Of a DNA stretch of 64,000 bases, positions 1-10,557 are shown in pieces; within the stretch, counting starts at the first letter, position 1, and each line of letters begins with the position of its first letter. The position numbers were made by a program, and so were the translations under genes. The notes beneath the pieces are model-generated. The model ran no database searches. It was not told the origin of the DNA and saw nothing but the letters and a program-made list of their open reading frames with translations. The DNA is from Calditrichia bacterium (lineage in GTDB: Bacteria > Calditrichota > Calditrichia > JAJRVZ01). The stretch covers positions 352,001-416,000 of the forward strand of contig CAWCNS010000006.1 in the NCBI GenBank assembly GCA_963796965.1, given 5' to 3'.

Positions 1-378
1 GGGAAAATCATAAAGAGATTAGTGGTATTAGTAAAGAAGCTCAGGATTATCTAATGCGATATCAGCTTCCCAGGTAATGTCCGTGAACTGGAAAATATTA
101 TTGAACGCTCTGTGGTACTAAGCAGGGGTGAAATAATAACAACCAGCGACCTTCCTTCCGGCCTGTCTACCTCTACCGAACGGGCGGTTCTGGATCCCCT
201 GGATTTCTCTGATACCTATACTGATAAGATTGCTGCATTCGAAACGACAATGATCGACAAAGCACTTGAGATCAAAACGGGGAACCAAAGCCAGGCAGCA
301 AAAATACTAGGCATATCCGAACGTCATTTACGTTCCCGAATGCAAAAACTTGACATTATTAACACAAAGCGAAATTAG
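1..378 (+). CDS. Sigma-54-dependent transcriptional regulator (NtrC/AtoC family), 3' part; 1-bp frameshift near 63-66
   Basis: Frame 3 reads ...ISKEAQDYLMRY and frame 1 continues SFPGNVRELENIIERSVVL (end of the AAA+ domain), followed by a Fis-type HTH (GNQSQAAKILGISERHLRSRM). Truncated by the window edge. Confidence 0.9.
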
Positions 379-386
379 GTAAAATC

Positions 387-803
387 ATGCGTAATAAAAT
401 ATTTTTACTTTTTCTTCCGATTATAATATTTGTGTTCCCGTTATCAACACTCTTTGCTCAGGACAGTACAAAAACCAAATCCTCAGACACACAACAGGGA
501 CAACATTTTATTGACGAAGATGGTGATGGTTATAATGATAATGCCCCAGACCATGATAATGATGGAATTCCCAATGGATTGGACCCTGATTGGCAGAAAG
601 AAAAAGGACAAACCGGAAACAAGAAACGTTGGCGTTATATCGATCTAGACGGTGATGGTATTAATGATAATCTTCAGGGAGACCAGAAACCCCTAATGCC
701 CGAAAGCCAAAAAGGTCTTCAACAACAGAAGGGAACTTCTATCGAAGGACAGGAAAATAGAAGAAACGGCCAGCAAAAGAAAAAGAAAGGTTCGAACAAA
801 TAG
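387..803 (+). CDS. Small secreted protein with Asp-rich DxDxDG (Ca-binding-like) motifs
   Basis: Signal peptide ending near LFA-Q; motifs FIDEDGDGYND, DHDNDGIPN and IDLDGDGIND; Gln/Lys-rich tail. Confidence 0.75.
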   Translation: MRNKIFLLFLPIIIFVFPLSTLFAQDSTKTKSSDTQQGQHFIDEDGDGYNDNAPDHDNDGIPNGLDPDWQKEKGQTGNKKRWRYIDLDGDGINDNLQGDQKPLMPESQKGLQQQKGTSIEGQENRRNGQQKKKKGSNK

Positions 804-831
804 CCCCACTCATAAATGAGCATATCCAGAA

Positions 832-1452
832 TTACTTAATTTCACTATTCATTTTAAATGTTTCCGGTGTGACTATGCCCCCAGATACAATCCATTTCAT
901 TGCTTCCTCAACAGAAATATTAATATGCACGACATTATCTTGAGGAACAAGGATAAAAAATCCGGAGGTGGGATTAATGGCAGCTAAAATAAGAACATTA
1001 TATAACTTTTGATCTTTATCCGGATGCGTAATCTCTCCATTAACCAATCCAATGGACCAAATATTTTTTTTCGGGTATTCAACCAAAATCACTTTTTTAC
1101 CGGGTTCTTCTGTTTTAAATGAAAACGTCTCCATTATTTGCTTAACAGAACCATAGATGGATTTTGCCACTGGTATGTTTAGAACAATTTTTTCACCTAG
1201 AGATACAAATTTTCGTCCGATAAAATTAGTTACGAGAATACCAACAAAATAAATCCCTAATAAAGTTATAATAATGCCAATACCCGGTACCCAGTAACCC
1301 AGTTGTGGCATAAGATAAGGAAGAAGCAATTCATCCAGGAAGGTAAAGATCGCTTTGACCACTAAAATGGTTATAACGATAGGAACGACAACGAGAATAC
1401 CTGATAAAAAATAATTTTTTGATCGTTTTTTAAAACTTTGAAATAGATTCAT
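832..1452 (-). CDS. DUF502 family membrane protein
   Basis: Two N-terminal TM helices; IPVAKSIYGSVKQI, VEYP, NPTSGF and EEAMKWIVSGG motifs. Confidence 0.9.
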   Translation of the reverse strand: MNLFQSFKKRSKNYFLSGILVVVPIVITILVVKAIFTFLDELLLPYLMPQLGYWVPGIGIIITLLGIYFVGILVTNFIGRKFVSLGEKIVLNIPVAKSIYGSVKQIMETFSFKTEEPGKKVILVEYPKKNIWSIGLVNGEITHPDKDQKLYNVLILAAINPTSGFFILVPQDNVVHINISVEEAMKWIVSGGIVTPETFKMNSEIK

Positions 1453-1486
1453 ATAATATCAGTAGGTATGTTAGAGAAATATTACG

Positions 1487-1515
1487 GTAGAGACGTCCCG
1501 CTGGGACGTCTCTAC
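1487..1515. repeat. GTAG-type REP-like perfect palindrome
   Basis: GTAGAGACGTCCC-GCT-GGGACGTCTCTAC, a 13-bp perfect stem in an intergenic position. Confidence 0.7.
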
Positions 1516-1552
1516 AAACAAAACATTATTCAGTAGACAAATATAAATTGCA

Positions 1553-4500
1553 TTAAGGTTGTTGCGGCGCAGGAGGCTCTGGTTTTGAATTTACAGTGAC
1601 ACTACCTGTCGTTTCCGCATTAGCTTTTCCATCGGACACTTTAACCGTGAAAGAAAAAGTACCTGTTTGATCATCTCCGGGAGTCCAGGAAAAATCTCCA
1701 CTTGAAGGATTGAGATCTGCTCCAGCAGGCAAATCATTTGATTCAAATTTTAGATTGTCTCCATCTGGATCGGATGCTGAAAAACTTAGTGACGCAGATT
1801 CTCCTGCTGTCACCGTAACCGATCCACCGCCACTTATTTCCGGCGTACGATTTATATCATTAACTGTAACAGATACAGTTGTAGTGCTCTCTGCGGTGCC
1901 ATCGGAAACCTTGGCATTCAAAGAATAAGTGTCACTCTGATCATAACCGGGTGTCCAGCTAAAATTTCCCGAGCTACCATTCAATGTTGCCCCATCCGGT
2001 AGATTGTCAATAGTATAAGTAAGGCTATTATCTGTATCTTCGTCGTTCGCAGCTAATGCAAAGGAAAGAGATGAACCCTCATCGATAGTTTTTGGTGAAA
2101 CAGGTTGCAGTTGAGGCGCTCTGTTGACGTCACTAACCGTTACAGATAGAGTTGTTTCGGCAGACAATCCCCCGGCATCTGCTACTTTTACATTTATTTG
2201 ATAGGTACCCGCTTGTGTAAAATTGGGGGTCCAGTTTAGTGTTCCAGTTGCAGCATCCAGCATTGCTCCAGTTGGTAAATTATCTGATGAATATTGCAAT
2301 TTTCCCTGATCTTCCTGGTCGGGATCTGAGCCTTGAACCGGGACAGACATCGCCGAATTTTCAGCTACGGTCTGGTTTCCTATCGCCGCAACTTCTGGCG
2401 GACGGTTTATGTTCGTGACAGTTACATTAAATGTATTTTCTGCTGTCAACCCCGCGATATCTTTAACAGTAAATTGAATATTTGCATAGGTACCTGCCTG
2501 GTCATAGGTTGGCGTCCAGGAAAGTTCTTTTTTCGCTGCATCAAAAGTCATACCAGCAGGAAGATTTGAGGCTGTTACCTGCAACTTTCCTTCATCTTCC
2601 TGGTCTGGATCTGTTGCATTGATAGCAAGGGTAAAAGCGCTATTCTCGTCAATGGTTTGATCCGCAATCGCTTCAGTTGTTGGGGGGCGATTTACATGAT
2701 TTACTGTTATTGACATTGTTTGAGTAACTGTAAACTCACCATCGGTCATTGAAACAGGTATTTCATAAATCCCGGATTGATCATATCCAGGTGTCCATGT
2801 CACTGTACGGGTCGCCGGATCAAAGCTCGCTCCTTCCGGTAAATTCTGAGCTGAATAAACTATCTTTTGTAAATCCTCTGCATCTGGATCTTCTCCCGCC
2901 TCAATTACGACATTTAATGGTACGTTTTCTTCACCCGTTTGTGCCTGAATTGGATTCAGAACTGGTGTTCGGTTTACATGATTAACTGTAACCTGTACCT
3001 CCTGGTTAATCATTTGGCCTTGTGGATCAGTATTGGTTACAGTAACCGAATAGTTTCCTGCCTGGTCAAATGAGGGTGTCCAGCTAAAAGTTGCGGTTTC
3101 TGCATTAAATGTTGCCCCCTGCGGCAGTTGACCAGTAGAAAGCACCCATTTGCCGGCATCTTCAGTATCCGGGTCATTTGCCGTTACTTTAAACTCCAAT
3201 GGTTGGTTTTCAGCTACTGTTTTCGTTTCAATGGTTTCAATTGTGGGTGGCCTATTTACATGATTAACGGTAATCGTCATTGATTTGGATTCTGATAATT
3301 TTCCATCACCTAGTGTAAATTCCAACGTATATTGGCCAGATTGATCATAACCAGGTGTCCAGGCGAAATTTGAACCATCCAGAGTGGCCCCCTCAGGTAA
3401 CTGTTTTGCACTATAAACCAGGCTCGTTTGATCTTCCTGGTCCGGATCACTACCAGTCAAAACAAAAGTTAATGCCACATTTTCATCAACTGTTTTGGCT
3501 TCGATATCATTAATTGTTGGAGGCCGGTTGATATGGTTTACAGTAACATTCATTGATTGACTATGTTGTAGACCATTTGGATCGGTAATCGTGAAAGTTA
3601 CTCCCTCAAAATTACCAGATTGTTCATAAGTAGGCACCCAGGTAAATGTAAGTGAGTCAGGATTAAAGTTTGCCCCCTGAGGTAAATTCATAGCTGAAAA
3701 TTTTAGATTTCCCGAGTCTTCGGTATCAGGGTCCGTTCCGCTGATTGTAAATGTTAGTTTACTGTTTTCATCGACCGTTTTGTTCGCCACAGCATCCAGA
3801 TTAGGCGTTCTGTTTATATGAACCACAGTAATATTCATTGAAGTTGTATCAGCAAGATTTCCCGCCTTCATAACCAACAGTAAATTTTCATATATACCTG
3901 ATTGATCATAGGTGGGGGTCCAGGTAAATTTTTGTGATGCCGGATCAAATATTGCACCTTCAGGCAAGCCAATTACCTGGAAAGAGATCGCATTCTGATC
4001 TTCCTCATCAGGGTCATTTCCTTCAATCATAAATGATATTTCTTCATTCTCGTTTATCGTCTTGTCTGCAACTTCTGCTACCAATGGTTTACGGTCAACA
4101 TGATGAATGGTGATTGTGCTTCCATCACGATCTAACCCGCCGGCCTGATCAGATAAAACAAAATCAACCATATATGTCCCAGATTGTTTGTAGGTCGGTT
4201 TCCAGGTAAACACCCGTGAGACGGGATCAAAGGAAGCCCCTTCGGGCAGGTTTTCAACGGAGTAAACTAATTTTCCCTTGTCCTCCTTATCTTCGTCCTT
4301 ACCTTCCATTACGGTTATGGTAAGCACTTCATCCTCTTTTAAAGTATAATCTTCAACTTCAGGAAGCGTGGGCGGGCGATTAACATGATTAACCGTAATC
4401 GCAAATCCCTTTTCATCTGTAAGTCGACTATCTGTAAATTCTATAACCCTAATCACGATGTCAGAATAAATTCCCGATTGTTCATAATGGGGGGTCCAGG

Positions 4501-5653
4501 ATAATGTACCACTAAGCGTATCAAATTTTGCTCCTTCGGGCATATTATCGATTTCAAAAAATAATATATCCCCATCTGGATCGAAAGCTTCAACGGTGAG
4601 TGTTATCATTTGTTGCTCATTTAATACCGTGTCGGCAATAGCAGTTAGCGTTGGCGGACTATTATACCGTAATATTAATGATTTTGTATTTGCGGCAATA
4701 AACAGATAAACATCCTCTTTCCATAATCCATAAATTTTATCCTCAGCCTGATAACTTCCCCCGGGAATCATTTCCGGCAAATTTGAGACATCGACAATAT
4801 CCACACGTTTTTTTGTTTCATTGGCCATAAATAGATTTTTACCAGATTTAAAAACATCTGCGATATATCCATCTACAACCAATTTATTTACAAGCGCGGG
4901 GAATTTGGGATTACTGATGTCTACAACATTTACACTTTCAGCACCATCAGCCAGAAAAAGATAATTTTCCTCCAGGGACATGGAGCGCAAATTTTTCAAT
5001 CCGGTATATTCACCTAATCTTTTCAGATTATTATTATCAGAAACGTCCAGTATTTGCAAGCCGCCTGTTTTATCTGAGACATAAAGGGTTGTACCATTAA
5101 GAATTAACTCCCATGCCCAACCTGGTGTATCAAAATTTCCTATAGGAACAGGACTTGTTGGATTGGAGATATCATAGACACTAACGCCGGTTTCTTCCTC
5201 TGCCACATACACATAGGGGTAATTAGCAGTAACCCAAAAAGCATTGCCTTTTGTTACAATTTTACCCATTTTTGTGATAGCGGCCGGATTGGACATGTCC
5301 AGAATATGAACACCTTCCAATTCGTCTGAGAGATAGCCATAATGATCATCTATAAAAAGATTGTGGGCGCGGTGCTCATTTTGGTAGGTACCGATTTCTT
5401 TAGGATTTTCACGACTGGTAACATCAATGACCTGTATTCCAGACCAAACATTTACAACATAAAGGATGTTGTTTTTGTAGGTGAGATTTTGAATACCGTC
5501 TTTTACATCCTGGCCTGATTCTAAGCGTGTAGGTCCCATTGAGGAAATAAATTCTGCACTTGCTCTTTGAGCGTAAATCACCGATGTGTTTAAATAGACC
5601 ATCGCCACAATAATGACTAATATAATTGTAAAGAAATGGTCAAACTTTTTCAT
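1553..5653 (-). CDS. Large exported protein: N-terminal LVIVD-repeat propeller plus 11 tandem Ig/cadherin-like (He_PIG-type) domains
   Basis: Signal peptide; LVIVD-type repeats (GIQVIDVT, GVHILDMS, GLQILDVS); 11 units of about 94 aa, each starting near N-R-x-P and containing DPD/DxD and LPxGAxF...FTWTPxYxQxG; Pro-rich C-terminus. Confidence 0.85.
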   Translation of the reverse strand: MKKFDHFFTIILVIIVAMVYLNTSVIYAQRASAEFISSMGPTRLESGQDVKDGIQNLTYKNNILYVVNVWSGIQVIDVTSRENPKEIGTYQNEHRAHNLFIDDHYGYLSDELEGVHILDMSNPAAITKMGKIVTKGNAFWVTANYPYVYVAEEETGVSVYDISNPTSPVPIGNFDTPGWAWELILNGTTLYVSDKTGGLQILDVSDNNNLKRLGEYTGLKNLRSMSLEENYLFLADGAESVNVVDISNPKFPALVNKLVVDGYIADVFKSGKNLFMANETKKRVDIVDVSNLPEMIPGGSYQAEDKIYGLWKEDVYLFIAANTKSLILRYNSPPTLTAIADTVLNEQQMITLTVEAFDPDGDILFFEIDNMPEGAKFDTLSGTLSWTPHYEQSGIYSDIVIRVIEFTDSRLTDEKGFAITVNHVNRPPTLPEVEDYTLKEDEVLTITVMEGKDEDKEDKGKLVYSVENLPEGASFDPVSRVFTWKPTYKQSGTYMVDFVLSDQAGGLDRDGSTITIHHVDRKPLVAEVADKTINENEEISFMIEGNDPDEEDQNAISFQVIGLPEGAIFDPASQKFTWTPTYDQSGIYENLLLVMKAGNLADTTSMNITVVHINRTPNLDAVANKTVDENSKLTFTISGTDPDTEDSGNLKFSAMNLPQGANFNPDSLTFTWVPTYEQSGNFEGVTFTITDPNGLQHSQSMNVTVNHINRPPTINDIEAKTVDENVALTFVLTGSDPDQEDQTSLVYSAKQLPEGATLDGSNFAWTPGYDQSGQYTLEFTLGDGKLSESKSMTITVNHVNRPPTIETIETKTVAENQPLEFKVTANDPDTEDAGKWVLSTGQLPQGATFNAETATFSWTPSFDQAGNYSVTVTNTDPQGQMINQEVQVTVNHVNRTPVLNPIQAQTGEENVPLNVVIEAGEDPDAEDLQKIVYSAQNLPEGASFDPATRTVTWTPGYDQSGIYEIPVSMTDGEFTVTQTMSITVNHVNRPPTTEAIADQTIDENSAFTLAINATDPDQEDEGKLQVTASNLPAGMTFDAAKKELSWTPTYDQAGTYANIQFTVKDIAGLTAENTFNVTVTNINRPPEVAAIGNQTVAENSAMSVPVQGSDPDQEDQGKLQYSSDNLPTGAMLDAATGTLNWTPNFTQAGTYQINVKVADAGGLSAETTLSVTVSDVNRAPQLQPVSPKTIDEGSSLSFALAANDEDTDNSLTYTIDNLPDGATLNGSSGNFSWTPGYDQSDTYSLNAKVSDGTAESTTTVSVTVNDINRTPEISGGGSVTVTAGESASLSFSASDPDGDNLKFESNDLPAGADLNPSSGDFSWTPGDDQTGTFSFTVKVSDGKANAETTGSVTVNSKPEPPAPQQP

Positions 5654-6027
5654 GTTTTACTCCAGTATAAATTGGTAGGCAATTGATGCAAATAATTGAT
5701 AATATATAGAGTTAAAAGGAATTCAATTTAAATCCTCTCCCTAATAAAATCAAGGGTAAACTCTAAACCCGATGACCGGAAGAAATCGATTAACAGCAAA
5801 TGTATAAGGTATAATTGTTTCCATATTTCTTCAGATAAGCCCTCGGGGACTATAAATAATATAAGCATATATTATTATCACGCTATTTACTAGAAAAGTT
5901 GAGTTTTTTTTTATTTTTTTTATCTTATTCTCAGATTGAAAAAAATTGAATAAATCTCCCCAAAAATAAGTTAAGCCCCTTTAGAGATGTAAATAATGTA
6001 ACAAATTCTAGGAAAGGAAAATTTCGA

Positions 6028-6492
6028 ATGTTAGATCAAGACGTTAAAGCTCCTGAATTTCTCTTACCGGATCAAAACGGTAAAGATCATAGGCTAAGTG
6101 ATTATCGAGGCCAATGGATTATACTCTATTTCTATCCCAAGGATATGACTCCCGGATGTACAACAGAAGCCTGTACATTTCGAGATGAATTTCCCAGCTT
6201 TAAAAAAATAGATGCTGTCGTTTTTGGTGTTAGCAAGGATAGTGTTAAGCGTCATGCTAAATTTATTGAAAAATATCAATTGCCCTTTGACCTTTTAAGT
6301 GATGAATCGGGCAAGATATGTGAAATGTACGATGTCTGGAAGGAAAAATCTTTATATGGTAAATCTTTTATGGGAATTGTGCGATCAACCTATCTTATTG
6401 ATCCTCGCGGAATTATTGCCAAGGTTTACCCTAAAGTGAAGGTGAAGGAACACGCAGCCCAGATATTGCAAGATCTTTCTGATTTATCCTAA
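6028..6492 (+). CDS. bcp: Thioredoxin-dependent peroxiredoxin (BCP/PrxQ)
   Basis: YFYPKDMTPGCTTEACTFRD motif. Confidence 0.95.
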   Translation: MLDQDVKAPEFLLPDQNGKDHRLSDYRGQWIILYFYPKDMTPGCTTEACTFRDEFPSFKKIDAVVFGVSKDSVKRHAKFIEKYQLPFDLLSDESGKICEMYDVWKEKSLYGKSFMGIVRSTYLIDPRGIIAKVYPKVKVKEHAAQILQDLSDLS

Positions 6493-6582
6493 AATTTGTT
6501 GCCCTTTTTAATCTATTTTTGTAATGTATTCCCTAAGCGATGTGTATTTATTAGGGCACTCATTCATTACGAGGGTAAAACA

Positions 6583-6918
6583 ATGAAAAAGACTCCTTTA
6601 ATTATTGCAGGTGCGGTCATTGCTGTTGTTCTTGTACTAATCATTGTTTGGCAGGTAAAAACAATATCCGGGACAAGTGCAATAGAAGAGAAAACAGATA
6701 TATCCACAGAAATCTCTACTCTATATAAAACAAACTGTGCGCGATGTCATGGGGATCGCGGTCAGGGATATGCAGATAAACCTTCCATACAAGGTGCAGG
6801 ATATACCTCTGCAGAAATTAAAGAAATCATTAAAGGGGGACTTGATGAAATGCCTTCTTTTCCAAATATCAGCGAACCTTCCCTGAGTGGATTGTCTGAT
6901 TATGTAAGTAAACTTTAG
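6583..6918 (+). CDS. Membrane-anchored monoheme cytochrome c
   Basis: ATG at 6583 after GAGGG; N-terminal TM helix, CARCH heme motif, distal MP ligand motif. Confidence 0.85.
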   Translation: MKKTPLIIAGAVIAVVLVLIIVWQVKTISGTSAIEEKTDISTEISTLYKTNCARCHGDRGQGYADKPSIQGAGYTSAEIKEIIKGGLDEMPSFPNISEPSLSGLSDYVSKL

Positions 6919-7101
6919 TAGCGGGTTTTATCGTTTATAAGATCAATATAGTAAATAAAGATCACTTTCTATCTATCTATTATATTTTCATGAATTTTCA
7001 ATTCCAACTAGGTCAATCCTACCGCTATTTCTTATATAAGTCGATACTAACAATATTTTTGCTAAAAGAATATCTTTTAACTATGGAGTGGTTTCACTAA
7101 A

Positions 7102-7941
7102 ATGATACATAAAAACATTTCCATCTTTAACAACACGTCTGAAACGATCCGTGCTGATATGTACTATCGTGAAGGCGCAAAAAATGAACCATGTATTATT
7201 ATATGTCATGGATTTAAAGGTTTTAAAAACTGGGCCTTTTTTCCGTTGCTTGCCGAATCATTGGCTTATGCCGGTTACATTGCAATCACATTTAACTTTT
7301 CCCGCAATGGTATCGGCGCTAATTTGCATAATTTTACTGAACTTGAACTGTTTAAGACAAACACTTACTCTCATGAATTAGGAGATCTTAAAGCAATGGT
7401 TGATGCCGTATCATCAGATCAGATTGGTAAAAGCCTTATAGATCATGAGAAAATTGGTCTGATTGGTCATAGTAGAGGCGGCGCCATCGCCCTGCTTTAT
7501 GCAGCATCTGACCCCCGAATCAGGTCTCTTGTAACCTGGTCATCAATTTCAACGGTAGATCGTTATTCTGATCAGGTGAAAGAGCAATGGAAAAAAAGCG
7601 GCTACATTGAAATAGAAAATAAAAGAACCATGCAAATAATGCAAGTTGGGGTGGATCTTCTAAATGATATCGAAGAAAACAAAGCACAGTTAGATATTTT
7701 GGGGTTGACCCAAGATTTGGATATTCCAACTCTTATAATTCATGGAGAGTCCGATGAAACAGTTTCAGCAGACGAAGCCCGTTTAATATATGATCATCTC
7801 GGATCAACGGAAAAAGAATTAATTATGATTGAAGAGGGTAATCACACTTTTGGAGCTCAACACCCTATGACCTCTCCAAAAGAACAACTTCAGGGTGTGT
7901 TTGATCTTACAGAAAACTGGTTCGATCGTTTTTTAAGATAG
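7102..7941 (+). CDS. Alpha/beta-fold hydrolase
   Basis: HGFKGF oxyanion region, GHSRGG nucleophile elbow, HGESDETV and NHTF catalytic Asp/His. Confidence 0.9.
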   Translation: MIHKNISIFNNTSETIRADMYYREGAKNEPCIIICHGFKGFKNWAFFPLLAESLAYAGYIAITFNFSRNGIGANLHNFTELELFKTNTYSHELGDLKAMVDAVSSDQIGKSLIDHEKIGLIGHSRGGAIALLYAASDPRIRSLVTWSSISTVDRYSDQVKEQWKKSGYIEIENKRTMQIMQVGVDLLNDIEENKAQLDILGLTQDLDIPTLIIHGESDETVSADEARLIYDHLGSTEKELIMIEEGNHTFGAQHPMTSPKEQLQGVFDLTENWFDRFLR

Positions 7942-8003
7942 CATCAGACATCGTAATCTTTTTTCACTACCTATAAGATTAATTTTTTTATAATGGAAGT
8001 AAT

Positions 8004-8852
8004 TTGAAACTAGGGAAATATGAAATACTACCTATTGAATCCGGACAATTTGCTCTCGATGGTGGCGCAATGTTTGGTGTTGTACCAAAAAGTTTGTGGG
8101 AAAAATCCAATCCGTCGGACGAGAAAAATCGTATTTCTCTTGCCCTCCGCTCACTTTTGATAAAATCTACAGAGCGAATAATTTTAATCGATACGGGTAT
8201 TGGGACTAATTTCGATCAAAAATTTTCTAGCATTTATAAAATTGAAACAAATGATTGGAATGTTAACCACCAATTACAGAGCTATAATATTAAACCTGAA
8301 GATATTACCGATGTGATATTAACCCATTTGCATTTTGACCATACCGGGGGTACTACCTATCGCAAAAATGGACAATTGGTACTTGCTTTTCAAAACGCCA
8401 TTCATCATGTACAGGAAGAACATTGGGATTGGGCTCTGAAACCCTCCGAAAAGGACCAGGCCAGTTTTTTACAGGAGAACTTTATTTTACTGGAAAAGGA
8501 AAGGATGCTTAATAAATTATCCGGCCCTTGTGAATTATTTCCAGGATTGGAAGTAATGGTGACGTATGGTCATACTCCGGGAATGCAAATAGTTAAAATC
8601 TCTGATTCTGATAAAACATTACTCTATTGTGCCGATCTCATTCCCACAACTTCACATATTCCCGTTCCTTGGGTTATGGCGTATGATAATAATCCAATGA
8701 CTACGATGAATGAAAAAAATCGACTTTTACCTCAGGCCGTTGAAGAAAATTGGATCCTTGTTTTTGAACATGATCCAGAGCTGAATGCTGGCACTATAAC
8801 CCGGACAGAAAAAGGATTTAAGCTTGATAAAGGCATTTCCCTCCTTGATTAA
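8004..8852 (+). CDS. MBL-fold metallo-hydrolase (YtnP-like)
   Basis: LDGGAMFGVVPK, THLHFDHTGG, GHTPG and FEHDP motifs. Confidence 0.9.
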   Translation: MKLGKYEILPIESGQFALDGGAMFGVVPKSLWEKSNPSDEKNRISLALRSLLIKSTERIILIDTGIGTNFDQKFSSIYKIETNDWNVNHQLQSYNIKPEDITDVILTHLHFDHTGGTTYRKNGQLVLAFQNAIHHVQEEHWDWALKPSEKDQASFLQENFILLEKERMLNKLSGPCELFPGLEVMVTYGHTPGMQIVKISDSDKTLLYCADLIPTTSHIPVPWVMAYDNNPMTTMNEKNRLLPQAVEENWILVFEHDPELNAGTITRTEKGFKLDKGISLLD

Positions 8853-8956
8853 ATTCCGGCTCAGATAAATTTATTGCACTAAAATTTTTCCGAAAACAAA
8901 TAGGTTTTTGAAACTTAATCTTTTGCTATTGATATAAACAAAGGAAACAACTCTTT

Positions 8957-9267
8957 TTGAAAAAATATTACCCAGTACTTCAATTAGTGATATTATTTCC
9001 GGTAAAGGGCTGAAGATTAAAATAAAAAAAAACAGTATTGCCCTATTCATACACAAAGGTAAACTATACGCGGTGCAAAATAAATGTCCACATCAGAATG
9101 CAGATCTTTCAGATGGCTATATAATGAACAACAAACTCTATTGTTCTCTTCATCATTGGGCTTTCGATCTTGTAGATGGTACCTATGCTTTTAATCATGA
9201 TATGCGTTTAAAAACTTATGAAACAAAAATTGAAAATAATATGATTTTTATTTGTCTTGATGAGTAA
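8957..9267 (+). CDS. Rieske [2Fe-2S] ferredoxin; apparent 1-bp deletion near 8987
   Basis: CPH...CSLHHW Rieske motifs in frame 1. TTG at 8957 (after AAGGA) gives MKKYYPVLQL in frame 2, which joins DIISGKGLKIK... if one base is restored. Confidence 0.8.
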
Positions 9268-9346
9268 TCTATTTATTATTATTATGGATGGTTTTAAAGT
9301 GAGATTATAGTACAAATATTATAAATATATTAGTGTATGGAAAATA

Positions 9347-10543
9347 ATGTCTAAACAAGCTTATAAACGTAAAGGAAATTTTAAGGGTTTTCTTTTTGTC
9401 GTCGGGCTTCTCCTTATTGGAGCGATTTTGGTATATACCCAACATATCGTAAATGTACTTCAAGAAAAATCGCGAGAATCCATAAATTTCAGGGTCCGGG
9501 TCTTGGAAGAAAATATAAATAATCCTAACCTAAATGTCGATTTTGGATTTTTGTTGGAAGAAGTCATACAGGGTATTGATTTTCCTGTCATTTACACTGA
9601 TTCAGATATGACGCCACAATTCTGTGTCAATGTTTCTAATGCTTATGACTCACTTCGGGTACTATCTCCCGAAATAACTGAGATTTTAAAAACTTCTCTG
9701 GAAGATTTAGATTCAGAAAATCCCCCTATTTCAATTTCCTATCAGGGAATTGCCCTTGGCTATTTTCATTATGGTGTTTCACCTATCATCAGGAAACTTA
9801 GATGGCTTCCTTATATTGAAATAACTGCTGCTATTTTATTTATACTGATTGGGTATATTGGTTTTTCTCAGATAAAGAAAAGTGAACAACGGTATATTTG
9901 GGTTGGCATGGCAAAAGAAACAGCTCATCAATTAGGAACCCCCCTTTCCTCTATTCAAGGGTGGTTAGAGCTTTTAAAAGAGGATGCTACCCAACTGGAT
10001 AAAGCTATAAATGAAATGAATCTGGATGTTAAAAGATTGGCTAAGGTTGCTTTACGGTTTTCTCAGATTGGTTCTATTCCGGCACTGAAATCAGAAAATA
10101 TTTCGGATATCTTAACGGGTGTTGCTAAATATTTTAGAAAACGTTTACCTCAGGTAAAGAAAAAAATTTCAATAACAGAAGATTATCAATTTTCACCCGT
10201 TGTCAATATTAACAAGGAGTTATTTGAATGGGTCATCGAAAATCTTTTAAAAAATGCCATTGATGCCATCGATGATGATGAGGGAAACATAAACATACAA
10301 ATACTTGAAGAAGATAGAAATTCTATTTCTATTGAAATATCTGATACGGGTAAAGGTATAAACAGCCGTGATAAAACAGAAATTTTCAAACCCGGTTATA
10401 GCACGAAAAGAAGAGGTTGGGGGCTTGGACTAAGTTTGGCAAAAAGAATTGTAGAAGATTATCATGGTGGGAAACTTTATGTTAGTGAAACCCGCATTGG
10501 TAAAGGTTCGACTTTTAAAGTGCTTTTAAACAGTTCCTCGTGA
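9347..10543 (+). CDS. Membrane sensor histidine kinase (no adjacent response regulator)
   Basis: Two TM helices; H-box AKETAHQLGTPLSS, N-box ENLLKNAIDA, DTGKGI and GWGLGL boxes. Confidence 0.92.
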   Translation: MSKQAYKRKGNFKGFLFVVGLLLIGAILVYTQHIVNVLQEKSRESINFRVRVLEENINNPNLNVDFGFLLEEVIQGIDFPVIYTDSDMTPQFCVNVSNAYDSLRVLSPEITEILKTSLEDLDSENPPISISYQGIALGYFHYGVSPIIRKLRWLPYIEITAAILFILIGYIGFSQIKKSEQRYIWVGMAKETAHQLGTPLSSIQGWLELLKEDATQLDKAINEMNLDVKRLAKVALRFSQIGSIPALKSENISDILTGVAKYFRKRLPQVKKKISITEDYQFSPVVNINKELFEWVIENLLKNAIDAIDDDEGNINIQILEEDRNSISIEISDTGKGINSRDKTEIFKPGYSTKRRGWGLGLSLAKRIVEDYHGGKLYVSETRIGKGSTFKVLLNSSS

Positions 10544-10557
10544 AATTTATTTTTATC

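Noticed and set aside
1560..4670. Periodicity of about 280 bp as a possible CRISPR array or DNA tandem repeat
   Set aside because: It is explained by diverged protein Ig-domain repeats; there are no identical direct repeats with spacers.
5768..5847. Imperfect long hairpin (CCCGA/TCGGG, GAAGAAAT/ATTTCTTC) as a possible 6S, SRP or riboswitch RNA
   Set aside because: It is too short for 6S, lacks the SRP loop motif and matches no riboswitch consensus I recognise.
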